A stretch of 64,000 bases of DNA from the human T2T-CHM13v2.0 reference genome, Homo sapiens: NCBI RefSeq assembly GCF_009914755.1, contig NC_060936.1, one strand, 5' to 3'. Every line of letters begins with the position of its first letter. Within the stretch, counting starts at the first letter, position 1. Positions 15,341-28,097 of the stretch are shown piece by piece. The notes under the pieces are model-generated. The model was given only the letters and a program-made list of their open reading frames with translations, was not told where the DNA came from and made no database searches. A program made the position numbers and the translations under genes.

Positions 15341-16914
15341 CAGCTATCTTATTTTCTTCAATGGTACGACCACCTTTGAGTCCTTCCTCTCTTTTAATCA
15401 TTGTCTGAAGACTCTTGGTTAATTCTGTCTATCACATCTAGTCCAAATTTCTTGCCTCAATTTTTGAGGCCTTCCAAAAATGCAGTCCCCACTGATCACA
15501 TTGTATCTCATTATTTTCTATCCCATGTTCTCTTCATGCCTCCAAAATCTAACAGCCCATCAGAACTTAATCTGTATCCTCTCTGAATGCCTACAGAGCC
15601 AGTACCACCCCGTCTAGCATGTAATTGCTCTCCTAACTTTCAAATGTATGCTAACTATATGCCTAATTATAGAAGCTCATTAACCAACTAAAGTGAGTAA
15701 GGCACTGTTCTGGATACTATGGGGTAATCAAGGATAAATAAAGATAATGTCTGGTCTCAAATGTGTAGGGCAGGGACGACACCACCATATCTACCTCACC
15801 CAGCACAAACAGCACAATACTCAATTGCAGTTGTTCAGATGAGACACTCTGCTCTGGGCTGTCAGGAAAACTTCATAGAGGAGTTGACATTTGAGCCAGA
15901 TCTTGAAGGTTGAGAATATTTTCATGTTAAGAAGAGGGCTTCACAGGTGAAAAGAACGGGAGAAATCAGAGGCAGAAAGGAGAAAAAGGCAAAGTTGTAT
16001 GCTTCATGCAGGTAGGGACTGTGTTACCCACATCTTCAATCTCTCAGGGCCCTTAATATAGTCATTGGCACACAGTCCACACTCAGTGCATACGCACTGG
16101 GTTGAATTTGTTATACTTGATTTTAAGTGGTTTCATCTAGATCCTAAGTGAATAATGTGCTACAAGTGAGGTGGAGAGCTATATATTTATACGCCTGGGT
16201 TAAGTGGCTCACATTTATACCACTAACACCAAAATTGGAAGGGTAATTTAAAAATGACTTTAATGGCTTTTTCCCAGGCAGTACAGCTATATGTAAAATA
16301 GCTGGTGCAGTTGGATCTAGTCCCTGATTGCTCATATATTACCCATGAAATAAGTAGAAGATTAATATCCTCTTTGACTCCAGTTTTGTAAAATTATGAT
16401 ATTTATAACCTTTTAAATACAAAAAGTCCATTACATCCATACTATATTTAGATGCAATCTTAACCACATCTTTAGATGTAATTTGTTTTGTGATGGTAAC
16501 TGATGTGATTTTTACTCATAATTTTACTTACAGTTTTTACATTATGTAGAATTTCAAAGAGAAACCACGTTTTACTCTGCTAATGTAGCAACAACTGGAG
16601 TTCAAAAGAGGTGTCATTTTTAATTCTCGGTCCCAAACTTTCAGGAAAAAGCTTCAGAACAAAGAGCTGCAAATTAGTAGTTACAGAAACTCCCATATTA
16701 TAAACACTCAGTATTTCCTTTCCTACCATGTGTGGGCAAACCAGCATGCACAATTTGTAGGCTAATGTTAACTGTTCCAAGAGTGGAGTCACTAGTCTAT
16801 TTTGTATGTGACATGGGAAAAAGATCAGTCTCACTGTGTAGTAGATGTGAGACTTGGAAAAGGAACTGAGAATTCTAAATAAAACAGCCTGCTAGCAAAA
16901 CCACGCCACCTTAC

Positions 16915-17049
16915 CACTTGAGCTGAAGTCCACAGGCCCGATCCACTTGAAGGCTGGTTTACGACCTCGCTCTTCTGTTACATGCACTTTCTTTATCAGA
17001 GCCAAGCTGGTCAGAACATTGGCTATGTCATAGAGGCGTCGTACCTTTG
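16915..17049 (-). CDS. E2F7: E2F7 exon 7, C-half of DBD2 ([13 protein letters not shown]...KPAFKWIG)
   Basis: TTCAAG|CA acceptor, GTG|GTAAGG donor, 135 nt, phase 1-1; second RRxYD signature. Confidence 0.96.
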
Positions 17050-18486
17050 CTTGAAGATATAAAACACGATTACGGTCATGCTGCCTGTGACACCATGACA
17101 GTTTAGTTTATGTGACAGGTAACTTTTCTCGGCTGCCATATAAACCTCAGGTGGAAAGCAGCAGGTTGGGATGAGGAGACCAGTGGCTCTGTCATAAAAT
17201 CACCCAGGATTTATGTACCTGCAGTATCTGAAGGCTAAGGGAAGGTCAGTGTGTCCTTCCATTTCCACAACTTCACACCTCTTACAAGAGGCACCTGGCG
17301 ACACACAGGGAGCACTGTGATTGCAAAAACACCAAGGGAGGGAACGGGCTGTAATTAAAAGCTTAGTAAATGTAATTCTGACATGGCACGTCAAAAGCAT
17401 GCCCTGAGTTTCTCCAAGCAGGAGACTGTGGCGCCAGCTCCACAAGGCAGCTGGTCTGTGAAAATGACAAAGATTCCCCAGAGCTTCCTGCCAGGCTGCA
17501 CTCCTGGGCACACAGGATGCTCAAGGTCAACAGTACAACTGTACTAAAGACAGGCAGCTCCTCACCTGAAATTGTAGCATTCTAGCCACCCAGTGAGAAG
17601 GGGTTGGATGGGCCTTGCCTGAATCTTAAGTGGCTTTGGGAGAAACACTTAAATATATACAAAGTACAGGAAATACTCAGAAGGGGTGGTAGCACATGAG
17701 ACAGGCACGATAATGACCACAAAGTATTTTCTATTCAAGAAATTGATTTACAGGTAGGAAACCCACTTGACCTCAGTGTTAAGATCAAGCAAAGGAGTTT
17801 GAATTATCATCCAGAAATAGGAAGCATTCACCCTGGATGCAGCTTTCTTCTTCCCAATCCTGATTTTATCTAGCTATTTCACCCATAGGGTGACTGTAAT
17901 TTCAGCTGGAAACAAAAAATAGCCAGATGTTGCAGCTCATGGTTTCCCAGGGCTTACAGGCTACCAGCAGCCCAGGGCATTTGGCTCAGTATCCAAGATG
18001 GACAGAAAAGGAGGATGCACTGGGTGTGATACTTGGAAACTCTCTCCCTGTCCATGTCCCACCACCCTTACCCTGGCCATTCTTCTGGTTCTTACCTGTA
18101 GACAATTTTCATCTCCACCCTTCAGAAGAGTATGCAGGGGGTGGGGAAAAAAGGGGAAAGAAAACTCAGACATTCTGTCTTGGATGCAGCAATACTAAAG
18201 AGAAATGCAAAATAATTCACACCCTCCCTGACCGGAGTTCTCAGGATAGTGTTCTGTTTTTCACTCTACTGAAACCACCGAGGAAAAGGCACTGACAGGA
18301 CTCTAAGCTGAATTCTAGTAGGTGACTAACTTACCTCTCACAGCACCAAAAACCTTGATGAATGCAGGAAAGGAGTATGTATGTCAAAAACAATATATAT
18401 ATTTTTAATCTTGGAAGCAGAAAATATCAACACATGAAATCCCACCCTTTATGTGCTAGTAAGTTGATGGAGGTGAAGATTCTTAC

Positions 18487-18645
18487 TTTTAAATTTACTA
18501 TGGTCCGGGGCATCTTGGCTTTCTTCTATCAGTATTTTGGCAGCCACATCCAGAGTGACAATCTTGGTTTTGGAGACGAGGAACAGCATGACAAACTTCT
18601 GGCTCATAATTCTCAGAGACTTGTCTTTTCTACTGTTTGCAGATG
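18487..18645 (-). CDS. E2F7: E2F7 exon 6, N-half of DBD2 ([19 protein letters not shown])
   Basis: GTGTAG|CA acceptor, AAA|GTAAGA donor, 159 nt, phase 1-1; translated by hand (absent from ORF track). Confidence 0.96.
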
Positions 18646-19887
18646 CTACACAAGGAATGAAACAAAAGCATCAAAGCATATGATTTTCTACAAGAAAGAC
18701 TATACTTGCAGCTTGCCAAAATGATCTAGCCCTATCAGCAGATGGAAAGATCACCCTTGTCATTGGCAGAAGCTTACTGGATACACATCACAGAAGTCAG
18801 CTCAGGAAGAAATGAGGCAGATTTTCTTGTGGCTTGTAAAATTACTCTACAGTAGGCATAAACTCTGAGATGCATATTTTAAACCACTCAATGCTTTACA
18901 CTTATACTTCCTATAATAGAATCCATACGGTAGTTTTCCTGAAGCAACTTCTTGGAAAGATTAATGTAGAAGGATAAAAAGATAGGGTGGGAATACAGAA
19001 TTGTTTTCAGAGCCTCAACTCTCCTCTCAAAGGCAAAAACTCCATTTTTATTTCTCTGTGTCCGCAATACCTAGACTATACCCTAAACATAGAAGATGCC
19101 CGCCTCTTCCACTTCTTTTCAGAAATATGTGAATAAATGAACTATATATAAACAGGAGACAGATTAGATATGTGCTCCTGTGGATGGCAGGCAAACCATC
19201 CCCAACAGATGGCTGTCTTCTCTGGTTATTAAGATAAGTACTGGCTCATGGGGTGGAACTAAAAGGCAGGAGGCAGTAACTCTAATGAAAACCAGGCCCA
19301 CCTTTCTTTCCATTTCTTATATTTGCAAGTGAGACGTGATACTTGTACTTTGTCATCTTAGCAACAGGGATGAAGATCAATGGCTAAAACAAGAAGAGGC
19401 TAAATATGAATCGGGAAGAACGATGCCGATGTAAATAAAAATTCTGCACCAAATGAAAGCAGAGGTTGTCTGTCTTTCTTATCAACATTTTCTGTGAATG
19501 GAGTTCTTTTCTAAGTAGTCTAAGTCTACTCCAGTATATAATTAGATAAAATTCTTTGAAAATATAACTTTTTCAAAGTAAATCTTACAGTTGCACAAAA
19601 AGAACCAGCATGGGGCTGCCAATCTAAAAATGGGAGTAATGCTAGTGATCTATTCTCCCAACAGGCCAAACTCGAGTGAACTGCCATGAGCCAGGTTTAT
19701 TTCAATGAGGTCAAGTGGGCAGTCCAGTTGGGGAGCCATCTGCTTCTCTTTCTTCAGTGAGGAGAATAAGAGAACATCTCCCTCCAGGGTTGTCAACCTG
19801 GCACTTCCCATCTGAGCAGTGAATCTGCAGAAGAGACCATCACTTGCTCTTTCTCTGCCATTACTCATGAAGTTACAATGGACTCAC

Positions 19888-20178
19888 AAGAGGGACAGTC
19901 GGGTTCAGAGAAATCCAGTAACTGTTGTTCCTGGGAATCTGGATCACCATCTTTTTTACGTTCTCCAAATTTATAATCTATCAGGTCCAGCTCTTTCTGT
20001 TGGAGGTAGGCCATTTGCTCTTCATATTTCTGCTCCTCTCCTAGTCTCTGGAGGTTCCTCAGGGTTTTTGGCAGGCTGTGCCGTCCATGCCAGCCATACT
20101 GATTCTTAGCCACCCGGCTGACCAGATGCAGCGACTCCAGCACATTTACAATGTCATAGATGCGTCTCCTTTCCACAC
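19888..20178 (-). CDS. E2F7: E2F7 exon 5, C-half of DBD1 ([13 protein letters not shown]) and linker
   Basis: AAACAG|GT acceptor, CTT|GTGAGT donor, 291 nt, phase 1-1; E2F RRxYD signature. Confidence 0.97.
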
Positions 20179-21638
20179 CTGTTTGAAAAACAGAGGCTGA
20201 TGGACATCATGCAGACAAACATTTTTGAAGAGAAGTTCCTTGAGGGCCTGGACTATATCTGTGAACTACTTTGTCTGATCCCCAATATAATGCCCACTGC
20301 GTGGATGCTCAAGGAATTCAACCTGTAAGGATGCAAGCAATATAAATTATTTTTCTTTTTCCTTCTTGAGATCCAACCCTTAAAAAAATCTAAGATAAAA
20401 CATCTATCTAGAGATGGTGACATTTCCATCTGTCTGACAAACAGTACAGCAACTGCTCTTTAGACCCATTAGGCAAACCACGCGAACATTTCAGCAGCTG
20501 AAACTGGTGGCCTGAGCAATACATGTAACAGTGTGCCTAATGGACACGTGATAAATGGATGGTTGACTGTGACTTGTGTTCCTAATTATGCAGACTACAA
20601 AATCAACTGTGTCCAATAACTGACACTTCCCTATTAGACAATACTGTCTATCCTTTCGTGAAGTTCCAATGATATAAAAAAATTACCTTGATAACGCTCT
20701 CAATGGACCAGTAAGGAAAATGGATGCAAATATTATGTTTTCTATTTTGAACTGGAAATGCAGGTGTCAAGGGCTTGAATACCCTTCTCATATTGCTGAA
20801 AGAAGCCAGAGCTGGGGTTGGAACAACATGGGAGTCTCCTTTTGTTCATCATGGCTATAGACAATTCTCTGTGTTCTCATTCACCGTAACCCGGCAAACA
20901 GCCCAAAAGTGAAACACAGAGACTCCAGTACAAGCTGATCACGAAGCTCCGCAGCTCACTACTCACTTTCCCAACACTCCCAAGGCAGCTAGGATTATAA
21001 ACTGTCCATTAAACCTAGCAAAAATACTTATAGTTGTTAAGGGTGGGGGGCTCTTGGGTCAGACTGCCTACATTTGAATCCCTGATATATCCCTTACTAG
21101 CTGAGTGATCTTGGGAAGTTATTTAACCTTTTTGTGCCTTTGTATTTATCTTATATAATAATGAGGATGAAATGTAACTGTAACTGTAGAGTCCCCAGTA
21201 GGTGTTAATTTTAAATACATACTTTTGTCATTCCTTTTGGCATGACATTCGTTATACCTAAAATCCCTGCTAGCATAAGAGGTCATAGTAGAAACAGATT
21301 TTAAAAATCTCACGTCTGTGACTCATTCTGTTATCCAACAGGCCCTTGGGCACATAGCAAAAGCCTCCAGGCATCTTGCAGAAAACCAGCCCAGCTACAA
21401 AGAAGCCTTCTTTCATTTCACTTGCCAGGAGCTGTTATATAATCAGGGCAGACTCTGAATGTAGCTGTTGGCCCTTCAAAAATTTAACATGAGAAATATA
21501 CCAAATTACAATGAGAACTCCAGAGCTGATAGGAAGTTCTATCACATGCATGAAGAGGCATTTCACAGTAAATCAGAATATTTCAGCTCATGACCCTGAA
21601 AGGCTTGTTACCCTCACAAGCTCAGGCTTCGGTGCCAG

Positions 21639-21810
21639 ATGCCTGCCGGAAGGTGCTGGCAGGAGCAGGCAGCAGCCCCTTGTCCAGAACTGCCTGCTTC
21701 TTTATTCCAGTCTGTTTTCATGTATTAACACATCTTGTTTAGAGCATAGCATTCTATAAACCTTCCCATTAGAAATATCATGTGACCGCAACTGACACCC
21801 CAGGGCCAGC
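21639..21810. repeat. Diverged direct repeat, copy 1 (~172 bp)
   Basis: Aligns by eye to 22897-23071 at roughly 85% identity. Confidence 0.9.
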
Positions 21811-22896
21811 CATATGCCCGGCTGTTTTGTTAGTTGATATCTGATAACAAGCTGTTAAGTCTCCATCTAGTGGCTAGACATCCCAAGAAGGGAAAACAAA
21901 ATAAGTTTCTGACCACCTGGAGATTCTCAGTATGATTCTCAGGATGCACAGTGAGTGTTTAGTAGGTGCTTTTGGTGAAAACCAACATGAGAGCTGCCTG
22001 TCTGCACAATCCCTTACCTCTTTCATCTGAACTGAGTTTACCCATCCACTGGCTGGTGCACTAAAAAGTTCCATTTCACAGGTCTCAAGACCCGTAGGTT
22101 ACTCTGGGGGCTTGCTCTGTCAGAACAGTTTTCCTTGCATTCAGTCTTCTTTTTCTTTTGTATTGAGGTCATTCTATTAATCCCAATCACAGCATTAGTT
22201 ATATGGTCAAGGATTTACTAATTTTTGCTATGCTTCCCTTAGTTGCTGATGGGACTTACTAAGAATTCTCAGCCCAGAAAACAGTTTCCTAGGCTGTGCT
22301 ATTAAGTCACTTCCAGTTCTCTAAACTGTTACCCATGATATCCAGTGTTAAATCTACATGGCACTGGAATCTGGAAAACAATGCAATTTGAATGCTCTGC
22401 ACGTCCTTAGTTAAATACAGTCCTGCAGTCTGTAACCTGGGATGTAGCACAGACTTCAGACTCAACCCCAAAAGACAGTCGTCAGTGAAACAGCTTCCAG
22501 CAAGGGACGCCATTTTATGATGTCACATGAAAAGATGGCATGCTTGTTTGGTAGGTCTGGGTGATCAGGAGGCATTGGGAAGCTGTGGAAAAATCTCTGG
22601 AGTTCTGCTCCAGGCAGCCATAACATGGGGATGTGCACAACGATCTGCAGCCATACAAAAGTAGGAGTCCACTTTTCTGTCCTCCCTGGGATGTAACACG
22701 GCCCTCCAACATCTAATCCTTTGTCTTCTGCAGTGACACCAGTGTAACACTCCTCAATGGAAGTTGGGTACATGGAAGAAGTAGGCTTCATGAACCCCAA
22801 TGAAAAGGATATCAGATGATCTTTCATTTTACCTTCATTACTGTAAGACTACTTTCTAGGACCCTGGACCCAAAAGCCCTCAACTGGATTTTCACC

Positions 22897-23071
22897 ATGC
22901 CTACTGGAAGATGCTGGCAGGAGCAGTCAGCAGTCCCTTGCCTAAAACTGCCTGCTTCTTTATTCTAGTCTGTTTTCATATATTAACACATCTTGTTGAG
23001 GGAGTATAACATTCCATATACCCTCCCATTAGAAATGCCATGTGAATGCAACTGATACACCCAGGGCCAGC
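22897..23071. repeat. Diverged direct repeat, copy 2 (~175 bp)
   Basis: Aligns by eye to 21639-21810. Confidence 0.9.
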
Positions 23072-24425
23072 AAGGGGACCCAATTTTTTGATGTTCAGTT
23101 GGCTCACTTTCCCTTTCTTGATTAATTGCCCCCAATCCTAGAATACTATATTATACTTCTGGGCTCCAAATCGGCCCCCAAACCATAGCATTCTACTTCC
23201 TCTTCCTATAGAGATGGACAGGACAGCTAGGGTATCAACATTCTAGTAAGAGCTGACTAGAAACTGTTCCACATAATAAGAGCTCTCCATGCCAGCCATT
23301 GACTTTGGCATGTTACTGACATTATCCCTAACTTTGCTATATCTCTGCAAGGTAGGTGCTGCAGTTTCCAAGTTATAGACCAAAAGAAGGTTACTTCACT
23401 TTTTAAAGCTCTTACAGCCTGTAAATTAGAGAGCTGGGCTTCAAATCCAGCCCTATGTGACCCAAAGCCCAGCCCATGGTCTTCTTATCATAACCCACTG
23501 TCTCTTCTTCTCAGTTTCCAACAACCAAAATCTGTTTAGCTTTCAGCTTGAATAATTCAAGTAGACTTTCCTCTACTTGGGCACATTTCTCTAGGATATG
23601 GAAGAAATAGAACTAAGAAACAAACTAAAAATTATAATCTATCATTTATTTATTTAGCTGATTTGTTCAGAACTTTTTCTTTTTTGTGTGTATGTAAAAC
23701 CTTCCTATTTTTAAGGGGACACCCTGACACCTTCATGTCATTGTGATTTCTGCTTATTCAACGAGTGTCAACAATATGTTCACTCTGGAACTAACTGCAA
23801 TGTCCACTAGGGGTCTCTATTCTGAAGCAGGTGTATACATATTTCCAGCACACACACCCATCTCACATCATACACTCATGCACGTGCACACACGGATTCT
23901 TCTTTGTTATAAGGTTTAGTTGTTTGAGTTATGTCCAAATGACCTTTTTCTAATTTGACCCACTTGCTGTGCCAATCATTGTATAGGGCTTTAAACATAA
24001 TGCTCTTCCTCTCAAATCTTGCTTTACAAAGTTGAAATAACACTAGTTCTGAACTCCTGGAAGCATTATTAAAAATAAAAAGCAGGCTATTTCTAAATAG
24101 TTTTGCGTCTGTCTGAAGTAAGATGAATTTAAAATATGAGATACTAATTTGTAATGTAACTCTATTATAAAAATATTACTTATTATAGAAATATTTTTTA
24201 AGGTTAAAAAAGACTGCATTTTCATTTGGTCCTCAGGTCTAAAAGGCTCCCTGAAATTCCATGTATAATGAAAACAAATTTGACGATGACAAAGGAAGCT
24301 CTGCCTGTTCCTCTGTCTTCACCCGATTGAGGGGCCCACTCTACTTCAAGCCTTCAGCCTGCCCAAGGAAACCAGTTTCCCACTGTAACTGGAGACAGAC
24401 CTCCAGGTAATCTGATGATACATAC

Positions 24426-24594
24426 CAAGACTGACAGCAACTTCATCTAGGGAGATGGTAGTTTTCTCAGTTGACAAGGGATAACTTGGATAGCGAGCTA
24501 GAAACTTCTGGCACAGGAGTCCTAAACTTTTCTGTTTTCTGCTTGGCCTTTGCTTTTCAAATTCGTCCACAGCACTGTCCCCAACAACATCAAG
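24426..24594 (-). CDS. E2F7: E2F7 exon 4, N-half of DNA-binding domain 1 ([15 protein letters not shown])
   Basis: CTGTAG|CTT acceptor, TTG|GTATGT donor, 169 nt, phase 0-1; ORF 24346..24570. Confidence 0.97.
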
Positions 24595-25321
24595 CTACAG
24601 AGGGCAGATAGAAGGGAGGGGGAAGATGTCACAGTTAACATCCTAATGGAGAAATGGCAATGGCCAGTGTTGGCAAACTGGGGGGACATCTCAATCCATA
24701 CCATCCTAGATTCTAGTTAAAATACATTTCCTAATCTAATTCCCTGAATGTTTTATCTATTGTCTTCTCTGGACTGATTTTTTTCTCCTTTATAATTTGA
24801 GGCTGAGTCTATTAGTCAAAAGTTTGACAAATGAAAAATGAGAGTCATTTACAGGTTGCTACAGTCTAGCTACTAGTGCGCTCGCTAGGCCTGTGGAATC
24901 AGCATCACCAAGAGCTTGTGAGATGTAGAAGCTCAGGCATCAGCTGTATCAGAATCTGCCTTTTCATAAGATTCTAGGTGATTTCTAATGACGTGGAAGT
25001 TTCAGACGCACTGGCCTGCATTCTGTCACCAAACTGTTTTATATTTTACAATCGACCAAAGGTTGATGAAAGTGAATGAAGGCAGTCCAATCATATTCTT
25101 CCTTATCCTTTTATTTGTAAATACATTAAACTAGCATCCTGTCTCCTCAACCCACATTTGAAAGGGGCTCCATTCAAGCCCCAAGAAAGTAAAAGGCTTT
25201 TCAACAAACAGATTCAAAAGAAAAGTGATATAATTATTTCTACAGATTCAGAAAAAGCATTTGATAAATTTAACAGTCATTCATGATTTTCAAAAACACC
25301 TTTAAAAAACTAGGAATAACA

Positions 25322-25505
25322 TACCGGGGCCTGTCGTGGGGTGGGGGCAGGGGGGAGGGATAGCATTAGGAGATATACCTAATGTAAATGATGAGTTAAT
25401 GGGTGCAGCACACCAACATGGGACATGTATACATATGTAACAAACCTGCACACTGTGCACATGTACCCTAGAACTTAAAGTATAATAAAAATACAATTAA
25501 AAAAA
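25322..25505 (+). mobile_element. Young L1PA 3'-end fragment (~180 bp)
   Basis: Near-consensus L1PA 3' UTR; TSD core CTAGGAATAACA on both sides. Confidence 0.9.
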
Positions 25506-27012
25506 CCTAGGAATAACAGAGAACTTCTTCAATGAAAGGTATTCATGAAAACACAACAGCAAACATCTATTTGTAAAACCTTGGACGTGTTCCCTTAAAG
25601 TCAGGAAACAATATGGATGCCCATTATCACTTTCTCTTCTATCTCATATTGAAGACTCTAGTCAATGCATGAGGACACGAAAAAGAAACTGAGGCACAGG
25701 GACTGGAAAGTAATCAGCTACTTTCCTTCTGCAGAAGATGTCACTATTCATACAAAAAAACTCAAAAGAATTTCAGACAAATCATTAAAAATAGTTTTAG
25801 AATTTAGCAAGGTAGTTGAATACAAGATAATATGTTTTTTAAAGTCTGCTGCATTCCTGTACAACAGTAACAGCAAATAAATTGAAAAGACATCATTTAC
25901 GAAAGCAACAAAAATGATAAGGATTTTAGAAATAAATCTAGCAAAAATCTATTTGCATAAAATCCTAAAACTTAGATTTTAAAGAATACTTAAAATTTAG
26001 TGAAATATATTGTCTTCATAGATAAGAAAACTCAGTATCTTAAAGAGGTTAATTTTTAATCTCTAGATTAAATGCAATCTCAATAAAATCCAATCTAAAA
26101 TACACATGGAAGAACAAACAGCCCAGAGTAGCCCACACACTGAAGAAAAATAAGTTGAGGGTCCCATTTTACCTGATATCAGTGCTTATTACAATAGGGT
26201 ATTAGGGCAGGGATGGACAATGGAACAGGAGGAGTTCAGAAACAGACACACATGTAAATGGAATTTTAATATGAAAGCAGTTGCACTGCCAGCTAGGGGG
26301 AAGAGAAAGACCTCCTGAATAAATGGTGCAGGGACAACTGATGATATGTATAGAAAAGCAAAGTTGTAAGTTGACTCATACCATACACAAAAAGCAATTC
26401 CAAATGGATCAAGGATTTCATGTAAAGCAAATTTTAAATGAAGAAAATGAAGGAGAATATTTTTCTAACCTTGGAATAGGGAAGAGCTTCTTCAGACACA
26501 AAAAACATTACCCTTAAAAGGAAAAAATGAACTATATTAAACTTAAGAACTTTTGTCCATCAAGAAATAACATAAAGGGAAAAGACAATTACCGAACTGA
26601 AAGAATAGATACATAACACATATAATAAAGGTTTAGTATCATTATATAATCAACCCCTACAAATCAACATGACAAAAAAAAACCAATTAAAATTGGCAAA
26701 GAACACAAACAGGCATTTCACAGAGGAGCAAAAAACATGGTGGCCAGTAAACATGTGGAAAGAAGCTTAATCTCATGAGTAATCAAAGAAAAGCAAATGA
26801 ATATCACAAAAAGATACATACTGTATAGACATGAGATTAGCAGAAATTACTAAATTTGACAATTTCAAGTGTCAGAGAGGATATGGGTGACTAAAAGTTT
26901 ATATATTTCTGGGGGGAGGCAAATAGTACTTTGGAAAGCAATTTGGCATTATCTTGTGAACATCTGTATATCTAATGACGTAGCACCTATACTAGTAGGT
27001 ATGTACCCAAAA

Positions 27013-27430
27013 CAGTAGTTCTCAAACTTTTTGCTCCAAGGACCCCTTTATGTTCTTAAAAACTACTGAGGACTCCACAGGGCTTTTTGTTTATGTGGGT
27101 TATCTATTGATAGTTAGCATGTTAGAAATTAAAATTGAGGCAGTTAAAATGTTTTGTGAGAAAGGGGCATTTTATATATTATTTTTCAAATCTCTTTAGT
27201 TTCTGGATTAATAGAAGAGAACTGATTCTTGTGCTTGCCTTTTGTAGTCAGTCTGTTGCAATATCCACATTGTGTACTTCCTGGAAGACTCCAGTGTACA
27301 CTTGGGAGAGAATGGGAGTTCAAATGGCAAAGGTCTTTGTATAATTATGAAAAACAGTTTTGACCTCCTGACTCTCTGAAAGACTGTCTGTGGACACTGA
27401 GGTCCCCAGATGACCTTTTGAGAACCACTG
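27013..27430. mobile_element. hAT-Charlie (Charlie4-like) non-autonomous element
   Basis: TIRs cagtagttctcaaa ... tttgagaaccactg. Confidence 0.75.
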
Positions 27431-27869
27431 CCCAAGGCAAACTTGTATATGTACACCAGCAGACATAAACAAGAACGAATATCATAGCATAGTCTGTATT
27501 AGCCCTAAACTGCAAACAACCCAAATGGCTATAAACAGGAGAATGAATAAATTGTGGTGTAGTCATGCAATGGAATATCATACAGCCATGAAAGAACTAC
27601 AGCTACATGCGAAAACACAAATGAACCTAAAGGATGTATGTTGATTGACAAAAGCAAGTCCTCTAAGACTATAAATACAAATTCAGAAGAATGGTTATTC
27701 TGTTGGGGAGAGAAATGTAAATTAATTACATCGCATCCATTTTTGGGCTGAGAGGTAGATTCATGGTGTTAAAGGTACTGCAAAGGATAAGTGTATTTTA
27801 CATGATCAAATAGTCTATCAAAAGGTAATAAAGACTAGTTTTAAAAAGGTATAAAAAAGTCTGTTTTAA

Positions 27870-28097
27870 CACTGAGTACCCCAAGACAGTAAGAAGGGAA
27901 CAATAGACACCAGGGCCTACTTGAGGGTAGAGGGTGAGAGGAGGGTGAGAATTGAAAAACTACCTATTGGGTATTATGCTGATTACCTGGGTGACCAAAT
28001 TATCTGTACACCAAACACTCGCAAAATGCAACTTACCCATGTAACAAACCTGCACATGTACCCACTGAACTTAAAAGTTAGAAAGAAAAAAAAAAAC
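27870..28097 (+). mobile_element. L1PB-like 3' end
   Basis: L1 3' UTR ...gtaacaaacctgcacatgtacccactgaacttaaaa followed by A-tail. Confidence 0.8.
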
